Part shown: positions 41,755 through 55,200 of the stretch, one piece after another
How positions within the stretch are numbered: the stretch's first letter is position 1
Layout of the letters: the number at the start of each line of letters is the position of its first letter
Assembly (NCBI GenBank): GCA_028023455.1
Contig: JAQFVV010000003.1
Coordinates: forward strand, 20,088,001-20,152,000
Origin: Epiperipatus broadwayi
Taxonomy: Eukaryota > Animalia > Onychophora
DNA length: 64,000 bases
Direction: 5' to 3'
The notes under the pieces: model-generated
Databases searched by the model: none
Seen by the model: only the letters and a program-made list of their open reading frames with translations
Told to the model about the DNA's origin: nothing
Translations under genes and position numbers: made by a program

Positions 41755-42786
41755 TTCACTTATTATTTAAAATACATGAGCAATTTAAAAGTACTGCAAT
41801 TTGTAATGTTATAATTAACTATTTATTAGTCTGCATTACATGACATGTTTATTTCATGTTTAAAGGGGGGTTTATTTAAACTTCATTGATCAATATTTCA
41901 TTCTCTGTGGTCAAGTTGCAATCTTTAAGTGTCCATATATATTCAATGGACCATTAATAAGAGTGGATTTCCATTCTTGCTATTAAAAGGTGAGAAGGTT
42001 GCCTTGACAGTAGTGAGAAATATTGATTACTATCTTTATTGTGAATGTTTAGGTGGTTACTGGTTGGTTTCTAATGGTTACATAATTATTCCATTTAGTT
42101 TTAAGCATTATTTCACTTATTATTTAAATAATACATGAGCAATTTAAAAGTACTGTAGTTTGTAATGTTATAATTGACTATTTATTAGTCTGCATTACAT
42201 GGACATGTTTAAAAGAGTTTTATTTAAATTTCATTGTATCAATATTTCATTTTCTATGGTCAAGTTGCAATCTTTAAGTGTCCATATATAATCAATGGAC
42301 CATTAGTAAGAGTGGATTTCCATTCTTGCTATTAAAAGGTGAGAAGGTTGCCTTGACAGTAGTGAGAAATATTTATTACTATCTTTATTGTGAATGTTTA
42401 GGTGGTTACTGGTTAGTTTCTAATGGTTACATAATTATTCCATTTAGTTTTAAGCATTATTTCACTTATTATTTAAATAATACATGAACAATTTAAAAGT
42501 ACTGTAGTTTGTAATGTTATAATTGACTATTTATTAGTCTGCATTACATGGACATGTTTATTTCATGTTTAAAAGAGTTTTATTTAAATTTCATTGTATC
42601 AATATTTCATTCTCTGTGATTAAGTTGCAATCTTTAAGTGCCCATATATATTCAATGGACCATTACTAAGAGTGGATTTCCATTCTTGCTATTAAAAGAT
42701 GAGAAGGTTGCCTTGACAGCAGTGAAAAATAGTGATTACTATCTTTATTGAGAATGTTTAGGTGATTACTGGTTGGTTCCTAATGA
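41755..42786. repeat. Three tandem ~350-bp copies
   Basis: Unit starts at 41755, 42112 and 42461; high identity; the track ORFs 41929-42138 and 42278-42487 are near-identical. Confidence 0.95.
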
Positions 42787-44149
42787 TATATATATATATT
42801 GTAATGCTAGCAAGATACATGTTATAAAACACACACACATATATATATATATATATCTGAATTACATGTTTTAAAATAAATGAATAAATTATTAAAGGAA
42901 AGGAAAATATGAGAGAAAACAAAAAATATATTTAAAAAAGATTTTAAAATATAATGTAAAAATGAAAGATTGCATCATTTTTTTTTAGAATAGAGTAAAA
43001 CTGTTTAGTATGAATAGGGTGGGGAAAGATTTAAAACCTGCCCTCTCTTCTTTTTTATTAATTAAAAAGAAAAAGAAATAAATATTTAAAAATAAATAAA
43101 TAAATGTAAAAATAGAATTAGCAAAAGAAATTTTTGTAAAATATCTCAATGACAGGAATCCAACTAATGATAAAATGATAGATGAATTTAATAAAGATTA
43201 GATATTAAAAAAATGTAAAAATGAATTAAACCAGATTAAAGTGATGTTAAAAATTAAACAATGGGAGAGTTAGGTATAAAAAAGAGCTGTTGTCTATTGT
43301 CATCAATTATTGCATTGTTTTGCTGTTCAAGTTTTCTGAGTATTGTTCAGAATTGTTCAAAGTCTTCAAAAGTTGCCAGAGTTTTCCAGTTTAGTAGCTG
43401 CAGACTTTTCCCAGCTTACCAGCTCATGGAAAAATACAGTCAAAGAAGCCACAGAAGTAGCAACATGCATTGCTAAAAACCTTAGGAGTGTTCAGCTGGG
43501 CTTCATGTCCTGAGTCCTCAGCTCTAACAAATGTTCTTGCCTGAAACCAATGCCTGGAATCAATGGCTAAACTGTGAAATAGATACTGTTGCATATATTT
43601 GCTCTTTCTCTCCTATTATACATTCGAGGAATGGTAGGAAAGCCAAGAAGCCATCAATGGAGACCAAAAGGATAACCAGTTGGAAACCAAAACCAAGGGG
43701 CTTGTCATCTTGATATCATAAAAATAAAAACCTAGGTAAATATACTTTTCAATCATAAATGTCTAGAAATATATTTTCTCATAATGAAGTGAACTATAAT
43801 GGACATTAGTATTATTGATTTTCTAACAAGTATTATGTATTCATTTAATTATATTCTGTGTTAATATTTATTATATCTATTTAAATATATGTGTGTGTAA
43901 TAATGTTTGCTTAAAATGTTGATTGGCCTATTCTCTCTTTTTCTTATAACTGTGTCATCAGTAATTTAAAATATTTAGAAATGCTTCCTGTGTTAAGTAA
44001 TTTGCACTGTGTCCCCTGATCAAGAGTGTAAGTTGCATTGGGTTCACGTGTCTGTCATCCATGCATACCAGCTATATATAACATATATGGCCGGATGGTG
44101 CCTGAGACTTATTCCCAAAACCAATAAATTGTTTTGGATGGTAGGTTTT

Positions 44150-44310
44150 GACCTAGCAGTATGGAGGGGTGCTATAGCCAGGAAATATGGTCATCGTTGT
44201 ATTTCCGTGTAGCCTCAATCTGGCCAAAGATATCGCTGATTGCGAATCTATCAATATTATTCTACCCATCTGCTTGAATGTACAATCCATTGCTGCAGGT
44301 ATTAAAGATA
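44150..44310 (-). pseudogene. Possible RNase H remnant of an I/Nimb-type LINE
   Basis: Minus strand IILIDSQSAISL resembles the RNase H 'DSQSAL' motif; one motif only. Confidence 0.3.
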
Positions 44311-44474
44311 AAATTAATTAATCACATCAAGCAAAATAAATGATCAAATAATATTAAATATTAAAATATATTAGTAAATAAATAGTTTTTATAATGGATG
44401 CTTATAAATGGCAGTGTCTATTTATCCATTCCTTTGTTCAACTGGCAAGGTGGGGTATTCATCACAGTATATTG

Positions 44475-46002
44475 TGATGTACACATGTTGCCATCTGTAG
44501 TTCCATTTATAATAAGCAATTAAATTAAGAAAACAATTAAAGATCTTATATTTAATAAATGTTCATTAATTTGGGATAAATGGATACCTTATTAAATTTA
44601 AAAATGAAATGATTTTTATTAAATTATATAGAATGGTAACAATGCATTATTAAGAATTTAAAAAAAAAAAATCACATGTTCAGAACCAGTATTTTTTTTT
44701 TTTTTTTTAAATTTCAGTGCATTTTGTGTTACTATAGGTACAGAAACAAATTTAGCAAGGAGAACTCACATAGTTTTTTTTTGTTTAAAATTTTGTGATT
44801 TATCTTATCTTACTTTTACAAATAGATTATAAGGAAATATGTATTATGAGTAGAAAATTTATTTAAGGAGGAGACACCACAAAGCTTCCCCTCATTTGAT
44901 ATTTTTATGATTCAAATAGAATGATTAATAACAAATACTATTCTTAACTGCCATGAAGTTATAAAACTATCAAAATTTACCATAAATTGTAATATCGACA
45001 AGAGGAATAGTTGAATATTATTTAATGATAAAAATGTTCATGGAAATCTACATTTGTATTTTATCATTGATGTGCCAAAGAAAATGTAGTGGGATACTGG
45101 AATCTAAGCAGAAATTATATATATAAGCTAAACTTGATAACAGACACTAAGAGAAAAATTCTTTTAAATTATTTGAATGAAATAAATTGCATTTATTAAT
45201 AATAGTTAAGAATATAATAGTAGCTTAATGATAAAATATTTATCAGTCTTTTTTTATTAATAATCTTCATTATAAGGTAATTTTATCTAATCATTTGATA
45301 TAAATATAAATAATAGACTCACATAATTAAGACTTAAATCAATTGTTAATATATTAATTTGTAATTAACTCTTCTTTATGACTGTATTCATTAATAATCT
45401 TAATCATAGATTGTTTCTATTAATTGCAATCTAGTAGAGATAAATTATAATGATATATTATATGATATTAGATTGCAAGTAGTAAAATAGAACTATGTTT
45501 TTGGTCTTAACCACCACCTAAGTACCTTGATTTATCTATTGCGTAATCATTATAGAACTATTTTATTACACAATTTATTTGCAATTAAAATATTTAAGTG
45601 TATATTCCTTACAATAGCTCATTAGCAAGTAAAATATTATTTATTGAACTTTATCTTGTTTGCTAAACATATGTACTTATTAGGGACCAATAGATGCTTT
45701 GTTAATTCATGAGTCCATTGTAAATATAAATCTAAACTGCTATAGAGCCAATTTATGGATTAATTCATTTATTTGTTTATTTATTAGTCATTTTAGTTGC
45801 CTAATTATAACATTTATGCATTACATTTTCTAGCTTGCTCAAATACATGTGCATTCATGGTTCAGGTAATTTTTATCCATTATTTTATTTAATTGTCCAT
45901 TATATTTCTTGGCTCGTCCAGCAGGGGAATATTACTATTTATGAAACAATGTTGTATCATTAGCATTGTTTTTATATTTTAGAATAATTTACATTACAAA
46001 AT
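44475..46002 (+). repeat. ~1.5-kb direct duplication, copy 1 (copy 2 at 48872-50403)
   Basis: Colinear throughout, e.g. catgttgccatct...gttccattt, ccacaaagcttcccctcatttgatat, gagccaatttat. Confidence 0.93.
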
Positions 46003-46169
46003 TTGGCTTCCCAACAGGGGCAATAAGTTTTTATTCAGAATCCATGAGAGATTTGGAGTCATAAATTGATAAATAAAATTATAATAAAATTTTAATTATA
46101 ATTAAAATTATAATAATTATTATTATAAAATTATTATTGTATTATAAAATTTATAATACATAAAATAGG

Positions 46170-46760
46170 ATAATCAGACAGTAAAAATCTTGATATATTA
46201 GTAGGAAATTATAAAATAAAAGATGATGTAAAATATAAAAAGGGTGTAATGTATAAAATTACTTATGGGTTTTGCAGTATGGTTTATTATGGACATACGG
46301 CAAAACAATTAGAAGAAAGGACTAAAGAACGTAATAATGCTATTAATAGGAGAGATGACAGATCTGCTTTGTATGTTTACTACTTAAAATATAGACATAG
46401 AATAGATTGTGTTAAGAATATAAATCCATTAAATTATATTAAAGAAATTAATAGAAGGAAGATATATGAAACCAATTACATTAATTATAACAGAAATAAT
46501 TGTAAGAACATTTATAAAACGTCAATTAATTTAGCTAATAATTGGATAATGAAAAATGAATGGAGGGTTATATAATATGTGTTATTATAAAGATATTAAA
46601 GCATAAATTATAGGCTTGTGTTAATTTTATATAGAGCTGGTAGATGTCACTATGTATGCAATATAGGTTATTTTTGTAGTTAAGACATATTGAAAGGGCT
46701 AAAAATTTAAAAATTGCCGAAAAGAGCTTTTATATGTTACGATTATATGACTATATTATT
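46170..46760 (+). mobile_element. Penelope-like element GIY-YIG 3' remnant
   Basis: KGVMYKITYGFCSMVYYGHTAKQLEERTKER...RRKIYETNYI (46249-46575), a degenerate GIY-YIG endonuclease. Confidence 0.8.
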
Positions 46761-48871
46761 TTATTGTTAGATAAAGATATATCTAAGATTTATTTTTTAT
46801 TGATAAATAGATATGGTCAAAATATTGCTTATTGATCACAATTAATATCAGCTATTTTTGTGTATACTAGTGTTGGATTAAACTGATTAATGACTCAATA
46901 GATAATAATTTTAAATTTGTAGTTGGGCTTTGTTAAGGGTTAGAATTTAGAGTGGGTTGTCAAATTGTTTTCTGAAGAATATGTGTAACCATACATGAGT
47001 TGAGAAATGATCAAGTTGTAAAGTGCTTTATAAATAAAATGTACTAGATGATGATGCATGGACTTGCCATATAATAATAAAAATAAGAATTTATGTTTAT
47101 GACTTTAAAAGCACCAGATATGTGCTATATGTTAATAAAATGCTAAAGGAATATGAACTCATTACTAATAATATTATTAAGTTCTCCTCATGAAGTAACT
47201 GTAAAATAAATAATGAAATGTACTTGAAAACAGCTTATTCTATTAATAGTGTTGTCTTCTAGTTATTTTGGGAAATAAGTGGAAAACATTGGTGTTCACT
47301 GTTTAGATTCACTAGTAAGCACATGATACAAAATCTTTTGAGCGAATATATTCCTTAAATTTATGCTAAGTTGTATATGATATAGTAGAATGTTGAGACT
47401 TATATTAAGTTAGTTTGGGATATTAATGTGAATAGGTAAATCAATCACTATAGAGAAATGATGCTATTGTGGTATTTTATATTGAAAGGTCTTTTACATA
47501 AATTGAAATGTACGTGAATAGGAATTTAATTAGGCTGTAGGGGTCAACATATGAAGCAAGATAAAGAAAACAAGTTATTCATTACATTTGGTATGGGATA
47601 TTGAATTGAGAAGAAAGACTATGTTCTTACCTTTTTAAAATAAAGTAATAAATCTAAATATATTAGGGAAAATGAGATGATAGGACAGGGAGAGAAGTTA
47701 AAGAAGTCTCTGTCACGTCAAAAACATAAGAATCTATAATAGCAATGTTGCAGAGCTTGATGAATAAGATCATTGAAAATCAAGTAAAGTATGACAAGAA
47801 TCATGAAGAGCATATGCAAATAATAAAGCAAAGCTGAAAAAAGCTTATACAAGGTATGAAATAAGGTTATATAGATCTAAGAAGTGAGCTCAATGAAGAT
47901 CAAGAAAAGTATGATAAAAGTCAGTAACTATTTAACCAAGAAAGGAATCAAAACCAAGAAGAACTTAAACTAGACATGAAGCAAGGGCAGAAAATCTTAG
48001 TAATAAAGTTAGAAGAGGCTCATTATAAAATCAGAAAAGTATAGATTGGAATGCCAGAATAAAGATAGAGTCCTAGAAACTAAGTTAAATGAGTATCAAC
48101 AAATTAATGATAAAGAGTTAGAAAAGGTATAGTATAGACAGAAACAAGAGGTCCAAAATTTAGAAACTCCGATGGAGCAGGGTCATTCACATATTACATT
48201 AGATGTAATGCAATCTATGGTAAATATCCAGGTTTCTTCATAGGTAACTCCGTCACAAGCTTAAATGGTGTGATGGGTGCAACATTTATAGAAATAAAAC
48301 TTTTAAAATGTAAATGGTTTTATCACTATGAAGTACGTAGTCGTGAATGTAGGTACATTGACTGTGGACATAAGAATTTGTCTCAATCACAGAGAAAGGC
48401 CAGTGATAAGTGTTTGATTTGTGACATTAGCAATTTGGGAAATGTAGTTTATGGTTAGGCTACAATCAAATACATGAATCATTATGGATATAATAGCAAA
48501 TATTTAGTTTATATTAATGATTATATTCATGAGTTTATTTAATACGAAGAATCCATATTCATTAGAAATGAAGGAGTTTATATTATTAATCAAATGACAT
48601 ACAACTTATATGATGTAATAGATTTGTTTTACTAATATCTTATTAGAATGAAATGTGAAGATGCTTGTTGTGGGATATTTGTCTTGTTACTTTTAGTGTT
48701 TAAAAAAAAAGTATAAAATACATAATTATACATAATCATCAACTTCATTGTTGTTGTGGTAATATAGTTTTAATTAATCATGAGTTATTCATAGAATGTT
48801 TAATCAGTAATGGTGATCTTATGTTAAATGTAAAGAATTGTTTTCTTTATTTTTATTAAGGGTGGAATATA

Positions 48872-50403
48872 TGATGTATACATGTTGCCATCTATAGTTC
48901 CATTTGTAATGTATAAACAACTAAATAAAGAAAACAATTAAAGATCTTATATTAAATAAATGTTTATTAAAAATGGATACTTTATTTATTAATTTAAAAA
49001 GGAAATGATTTTTATTAAGTTAAGATTTTTATTATGATTAGAAAAAAAAAAGTCACATGTTCAGAGCCATTGTTTAAAAAAAAAAAAGGAAAAGGACTTC
49101 ATTTTGTGTTACTATAGCCACAAAAACAAATTCAGCAAGGAGATTACACATAATTTTTTTTGCTTAAAATTTTATGTTTAATCTTATTTTATTTTTACAA
49201 ATAGATTCTGGACTTATAATGAGGAAATATATATTGTGAGTAGAAAATTTATTTAAGGGGAAGAGACCACAAAGCTTCCCCTCATTTGATATCTTTATAA
49301 TTCAAATATGATTAATAACAAATACCATGCTTAACTACCATGAAGTTATGAAACTATCAAAATTTACCATGAATTGTAATATCGATAAAATAAATAGTTG
49401 AATATCATTTAACAATAAAAATGTTCATGGAAATCTACATTTGTATTTTATTATCATCGATGTGCCAAGGAAAACATCTTGGGATAGTAAAATCTAAGCT
49501 GAAATTATATATATATAAGTTAAACTTGGTAACAAACACTAAGAGAAAATTTCTTTTAAATTATCTAAATGAAATAAATTTCATTTATTAATAATGGTTA
49601 AGAGTATAATAATAGCTTAACAATAAAATATTTATCAGTCTTTTCTTTTATTAATAATCTTAATTATGAGGTAATTTTATCTTATCATTCGATATAAGCT
49701 TGAATAATAGACTCATGTTATTAAGACTTAATTCAATTGTTAACATATTAACTTGTAATTAACCCTTTATGACTATATGCATTAATAATTTTAATCACAG
49801 ATTATTTCTACTAATTGCAATCTAGCAGGGATAAATTATAAAGATATATTGTATGACATTAGACTGCTGTTAGTAAAAATAGAACTATGTTCTTGGTCTT
49901 AGCCATCTCAATGAGTTAATGTTTGCTTCAATACATTTATATTATTATTATTAACCTAAGTACTTTGATTTATCTAGTGCATAATCATTACAAAACTATT
50001 ATATAATTTATTTACAATTACAAAGTGTATGTCCCATACTATAGCTCATTAGCAAGTGAAATATATTTATTGAACTTTATCTTCTTTGCTAAACAAATGT
50101 ACTTATTAGGGATCCATTGACACCTTAAAAAGTCATGCGTTCATTGTAAATATAATCTAGACTGCCATAGAGCCAATTTATTGATTAATTAATTTGTTTA
50201 TTTATTAGCCATTTTAGTTGTCATTTACCCATTACATTTTCTTGTTCAAATATGTGGGCATTTGTAGATCAGGCAGCTTTCCATCCTTTATTTGATTGTC
50301 CATTACATTTTTTGGCTCATTTGGCAGGGAAATATTGCTATTTATGATACAATGTTGCATCTTTAGCCTTGTTCTTATATTTCAGAAAAGTTTCCATTAC
50401 AAT
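48872..50403 (+). repeat. ~1.5-kb direct duplication, copy 2
   Basis: See 44475-46002; this copy ends ~50 bp from the EOGT exon donor. Confidence 0.93.
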
Positions 50404-50455
50404 ATATATATATGTATGCATTTTTATATGTACAGAACACTTAATTTTAACTTAC

Positions 50456-50547
50456 ATTTCAAAAACAACAGCCCAATCTGGTAGAAAAAGTAGATGTGTT
50501 AGTCCAGAACCATGCATTCCAATAAAAATATCTGAATTATAAGTCAC
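50456..50547 (-). CDS. EOGT: EOGT coding exon (92 nt)
   Basis: Translates [30 protein letters not shown] + 2 nt, matching the glycosyltransferase-61 '[18 protein letters not shown]' region of EOGT. Acceptor tttag, donor gtaag; the phase joins 33738. Confidence 0.96.
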
Positions 50548-50699
50548 CTAAAAATAAATTATAAATATATATATAAAAATGTAGTAAGCATACATATAAT
50601 GCTATTTGGGCTCAAAAATAAATGCATATTAAAAATTATGAAAAATATGATTTCATACAGAAGGGTATCCATGTTATTCTATTTTTAATATGGCTGATC

Positions 50700-53600
50700 T
50701 GATTTTCACCATCCTGTCACAAGAATCTTTAAACACTATTAATATTTACCATCATTTCAATCATTAACAATTCGCTGTATAATAAAAATCTCTCCAAGTT
50801 AAATCCAAATTATCTCATCTATAGATTTCTCTTTTCTCTATATCAATTCAGCAAACTTCCTTCATTCACTTATTGAGATCACAAATAATCTCTTTCTAAA
50901 TTTTTTTATAATCCATTGATCCATCTACTGTCATTATATCAAACCTCTCAATCATTTCACCGACATCACTTGTACCTATATATTTTCTCTTTTTTTTTTT
51001 TGATCTCAACTTATTAATTTCAATATGCTAATTCTCAATACAATATGATCTGTAATTTCTACATAGCTATTTTATTAAATTCCCAAGTCTCATATCCATA
51101 AGTAAGTAATTAATAGTAAAATCTAAACTTTCAAGTATATAAGATTTCCTTTTTTAATAGTAAGTTATTACTATGAAAGTTCTTCGTTTTAATTTTAATT
51201 ATATGATTAATTTCATTCTTTGTTTCCATTTGTATTAATAATCTGATCAAAGTAATTCATATTGTTAATTTCTAATTAAATTACTATCAGTCTTTATTTC
51301 TTGTTTTTGAAAAGACATTAAACATTACTTTAGCCTTTTTATGATTTATCTTTAATTCTATTTAATTCTACTGTCTTGCTTTCATGTGATAATTCTTTAA
51401 TATCTGAAGCATTATTTGTGAAAATAATCACATACATCTTCTGCAAAGTCTAAATAACTTAAATAATATCTGGATTTGAACTCAGACTTTCAAGCACCCA
51501 CTGACTATCCACACTATCTCATACAACTGACACACATGTCCACACACATGTAGAAAAGATAAATAATCACCAATATATGTATTTCATGCTAAACCAGCAT
51601 TCATCAGTTGGTCTTGATTATCATCTCCCACATATATATATAATCAGTGCTCAGTTTATATTAAGATAGCAAATCTTCACTCTTTAATGGACAGGCTTCA
51701 ATAAATTCTAACATCCAACTTTTCAGCCAGCCATATCATTGAAAATCTGATAATGGAAAGCCAAATCCCATACTGATGCCAACATTATTGTTCCATCATC
51801 AGATTTTCAATGATATGGCTGGCTGAAAAGTTGAAGGTTGGAATAGATTGAAGCCTTTCCATTAAAGAGTGAAGATTGGTTATCTTAATATAAACTGAGC
51901 ACTGCTTATGTATATGTGTGGGAGATGATAATCTGGATCAACTGATGCAACTGATGAATGCTGGTTTAGCATGAAATACCTATCTTTTCTACATGTGTGT
52001 CAGTTGTATGAGATAGTGTGGACAGTTGGTGGGTACTTGAAAGTCTGAGTTCAAATCCCTATATTTACAATTAAAGCTCCAGGTTTGTGAGGAATGCCTG
52101 GTTTTCAAATATTTAAATATCTATATATTATAACTAAAGTTCTACATTTAATCATCTAAATTTCTACAAAAAGTTTTGGAAAAATAGAATAACCCTGTCC
52201 TACATCTATATCAATATTAATCTAATTAGTGTTATCATGTAATATTTTTCAAAATTTGACAATATTGAAATCTATTCATGATGTTCCAAAGCCTAATCTA
52301 CAAATCTAAGGTAAAATGGCAACTTATACTCATTGGTCCCTTCCATAACTGCTTTTAATACTTGGATGTAATCTATTGTTCTATCCTTTCAAATTTCAAT
52401 TTATTATTCTGGTTGATTTAAGTTCAAAATTCTCTGTAGAAAACTGATCAAAAGATGACAAATCTGCAATTTCTAATATATTCACTTTTATTTTTCATAA
52501 ATATTCATATCATTATCATATTCTTTCAGTTATCTGATATATTTTTATTATTTAAATATTTGGATGTAACTTTGCCAACAATACATTTCTTCTTGAAATA
52601 TCTATGATGATTCCTCAGTGCCAGAAAATATCCATTCTTTATCAATTTCACCATGTTTCATTTCTTCTTTTAAAACACTTTGTATTTCAAAAGTTGTGAT
52701 TCTGAATATGAGAGTTATTTTGTTTTCTTATTCTTTATGACTGTATAATTATTTATAAATTCTGCCAAATACTTCATGATGTCATATTTTCTTTTTTAGC
52801 ATTGGGGCCATCTTTTTTTTTCTTATTATTACTAAAATAATTTCCCTTCCATATCTAAATTATGTTTATATTTTTAAAAACTTCATTAGCATGAGATTTT
52901 GAGATATTCAGATTTTTTAAATGAATCATAATAAAAATTTTCATTCTTTCCGAGAAAAATTTACTGGAAAATTACTTCTGCTTTGTTCCTGCAATCTGTA
53001 TAATTGTCTTAAGTAACTATCTGTCATCTTATTGATCATATTCAAGATTTAGCCATCTTTAAACTCTATGAATATTTAAAAATGATTTGAAACTTCTAAT
53101 TTAAATTTATTGGAATGTTTTTAAAAATCCTGTTAATACTTACTCTCTAATTTTACACCAACACAAAATTTACAATTCATTAATCAATGACCACTTCTTA
53201 TGTAGAATCTATTAAATACATTACAGACTTTATATTAATATTTTCTGTTAACCAAACTAGAATTTAACCCTGCTATACTGTCATATGAATAATTCCAAAG
53301 AATTCAATTCAACTCTGAATTTTTCTCAAAAAAATTCTAAACTTCACACGATTGTTTTCTTTTATTTATGTTTCTGCACTCAGTCTATCTTTTCAATCTC
53401 TTCCTATTTCTAGTACTAAAATCTTCCATGATAATTGAAAAATATTACTTGATTGAATCTTCCATTTCTTCTTCAGAATAAAAACTTGCTGGGACATATA
53501 TACACTGAATTATCTGCATTTGCATCTTACATTAAGATGAATATTTTAATACTCTATCTGATATTCCACCAATTTCTACAATGTTGTTCTTCCATTTTAT

Positions 53601-53900
53601 AATTATATAAATCCCATTCCATATGTGTACACCTTTATTATAAAATACATATCCACTTTCCAAATCAATTGTCTCTTCATCTTTTCCTATTTACTATTAC
53701 ACAGTTCTAGTTCATGCAATTTTGCTTGAAAGTATAACTCAGTTGATAGCCAATCAATAATCATCATCATATAGCAACCTACATCTATAATCCAATACTT
53801 TTAAACAATCTGTCTTGGCTGATAACTTTACAATCTTTAAAAAATATGGGTCATAATACATTTTTTTCTATCATAAATCATAAATATAAAAAGTGGATAT
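50700..53900 (-). mobile_element. Decayed RTE-like LINE (APE + RT), split by the family 2 foldback
   Basis: Minus strand SGYVFYNKGV...IIQCIYVP (APE, ~53480-53680), SDH-like RSGH*LM (~53180) and YETW-like RT C-terminal motif (~51085). Heavily degenerate. Confidence 0.65.
51472..52058. mobile_element. Family 2 foldback inserted in a decayed RTE-like LINE
   Basis: Inverted arms ~51472-51757 and ~51793-52058 with a short spacer; LINE RT remnants flank both sides. Confidence 0.88.
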
Positions 53901-54739
53901 TCTCATGAAAACATTCATTTCACTTCAAAAAAATTCATATGATGTCTCAGTCAATGATATTTTCTTGATTTTAAACTTGGAGGTAAAGGGTAATAAATTT
54001 ACCATGCTAAATGATGCATTCTCCACCCATATTTATTATCATATAAATAATCATATGATTACAACAATGTATGGAGTGAACATTAATAATTTATCTTAAT
54101 GAAATTTTTTAAAGTCTTAAAAATAAATCAAAGTTTTCTTTCAATTAATACAAAATTCCTTTGCAATCACACACATGTATAAAAATAAATTTCTATTTTT
54201 TAATGTTTCTAATTAAATAAACAATTAATAAAACTGCAAAATAAATATCAAATCACTATATCCCTGAAAAGAAATTAAACAGACATCAATCTCATCATAG
54301 TTCATCTTATATTAGCTCCAATTGTGCAATGCTTAGAGATTAAATCTCAATTCAACCGTATATAGATAACTAAAATGCCCTGTAGCTATAACAATATTTT
54401 TGTTGGTAAAAAAGCATCTTTTATCTTTGTCTCCTTCATATATAGAGAGAAATATCTGAAACACTCAGGCTATAAGTAATGAATTTTTAAATTAATAAAA
54501 AAAAATTATTTCTAAAAATTTGAAGTTTATTGATATTTTTAAATGACAAGTCTGAAATTTATCTCATTTTTAAAACTTTGTCAACAACAATTCAAATAAT
54601 GAAAATATGCATTTTAAAGTATTTACAATGCTAAATATATATATGGGTAATTTAAATGTCATCTAGCATGTATATATATACTGAAATGCTATATTCCATA
54701 GGAATATATTTCATTAGTGTATAAATTAAGAAGATTATG

Positions 54740-55200
54740 ATACATTGAGTATGAAAATATTCAGTCAAATGATGCAGAGAATAGTGGATCAGATAAATGA
54801 AAATTTGCAACAGAAAATGGATGAGAATCAATAGAGTAAGAATCAAATGAATGAAAATATGCAACAGACACTGGATGAAAATCAGCAGAGTATGAATCAA
54901 ATGAATGAAAATTTACAACAGAATCGGTAGTGAATGGAGAAAATGAATAAAAACTTGCAAAATAAAATGGATGAAAACCAAAGAATAGTAGTGGAAAATC
55001 TGCAGCAAGAAGTAAAAGTAATGCAGCAGATAATCCAACAACAAAGACTGGAAGTAAAAAAAGAAATAGAAAAAGTTCAATTTGAAATGAAAGAACAATT
55101 AGTAGTCATTAGGATAGAATTAAGTGATAAAGTTCAAAAAGTAGAAATGATTGACAAAATACAAAAGATTTTGAGAAAAAAGAACATCAAATAGATATTT
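54740..55200 (+). pseudogene. Gln/Asn/Glu-rich coiled-coil repeat ORF remnant, possibly retroelement gag/ORF1
   Basis: Repeated MDENQQSMNQMNENLQQ-like units with in-frame stops; no catalytic motif seen. Confidence 0.35.

Noticed and set aside
41755-42786. Tandem repeats as a CRISPR array or other prokaryotic system
   Set aside because: No short repeats with unique spacers and no cas, retron or operon-like genes; the context is spliced eukaryotic DNA.
44055-44072. Minus-strand AGMHG as a duplicated EOGT exon
   Set aside because: It is immediately followed by a stop and has no flanking similarity to the real exon; chance match.
46690-46735. HHR downstream of the 46-kb PLE fragment (ttgaaag ggc...gcc gaaa agagc)
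   Set aside because: The position is suggestive, but there are three core mismatches and no clear NUH triplet; too weak to call.
53160-53290. Retroviral-type aspartic protease (LIDS motif)
   Set aside because: Context and another reading frame fit the APE endonuclease SDH region of the surrounding RTE-like LINE better.
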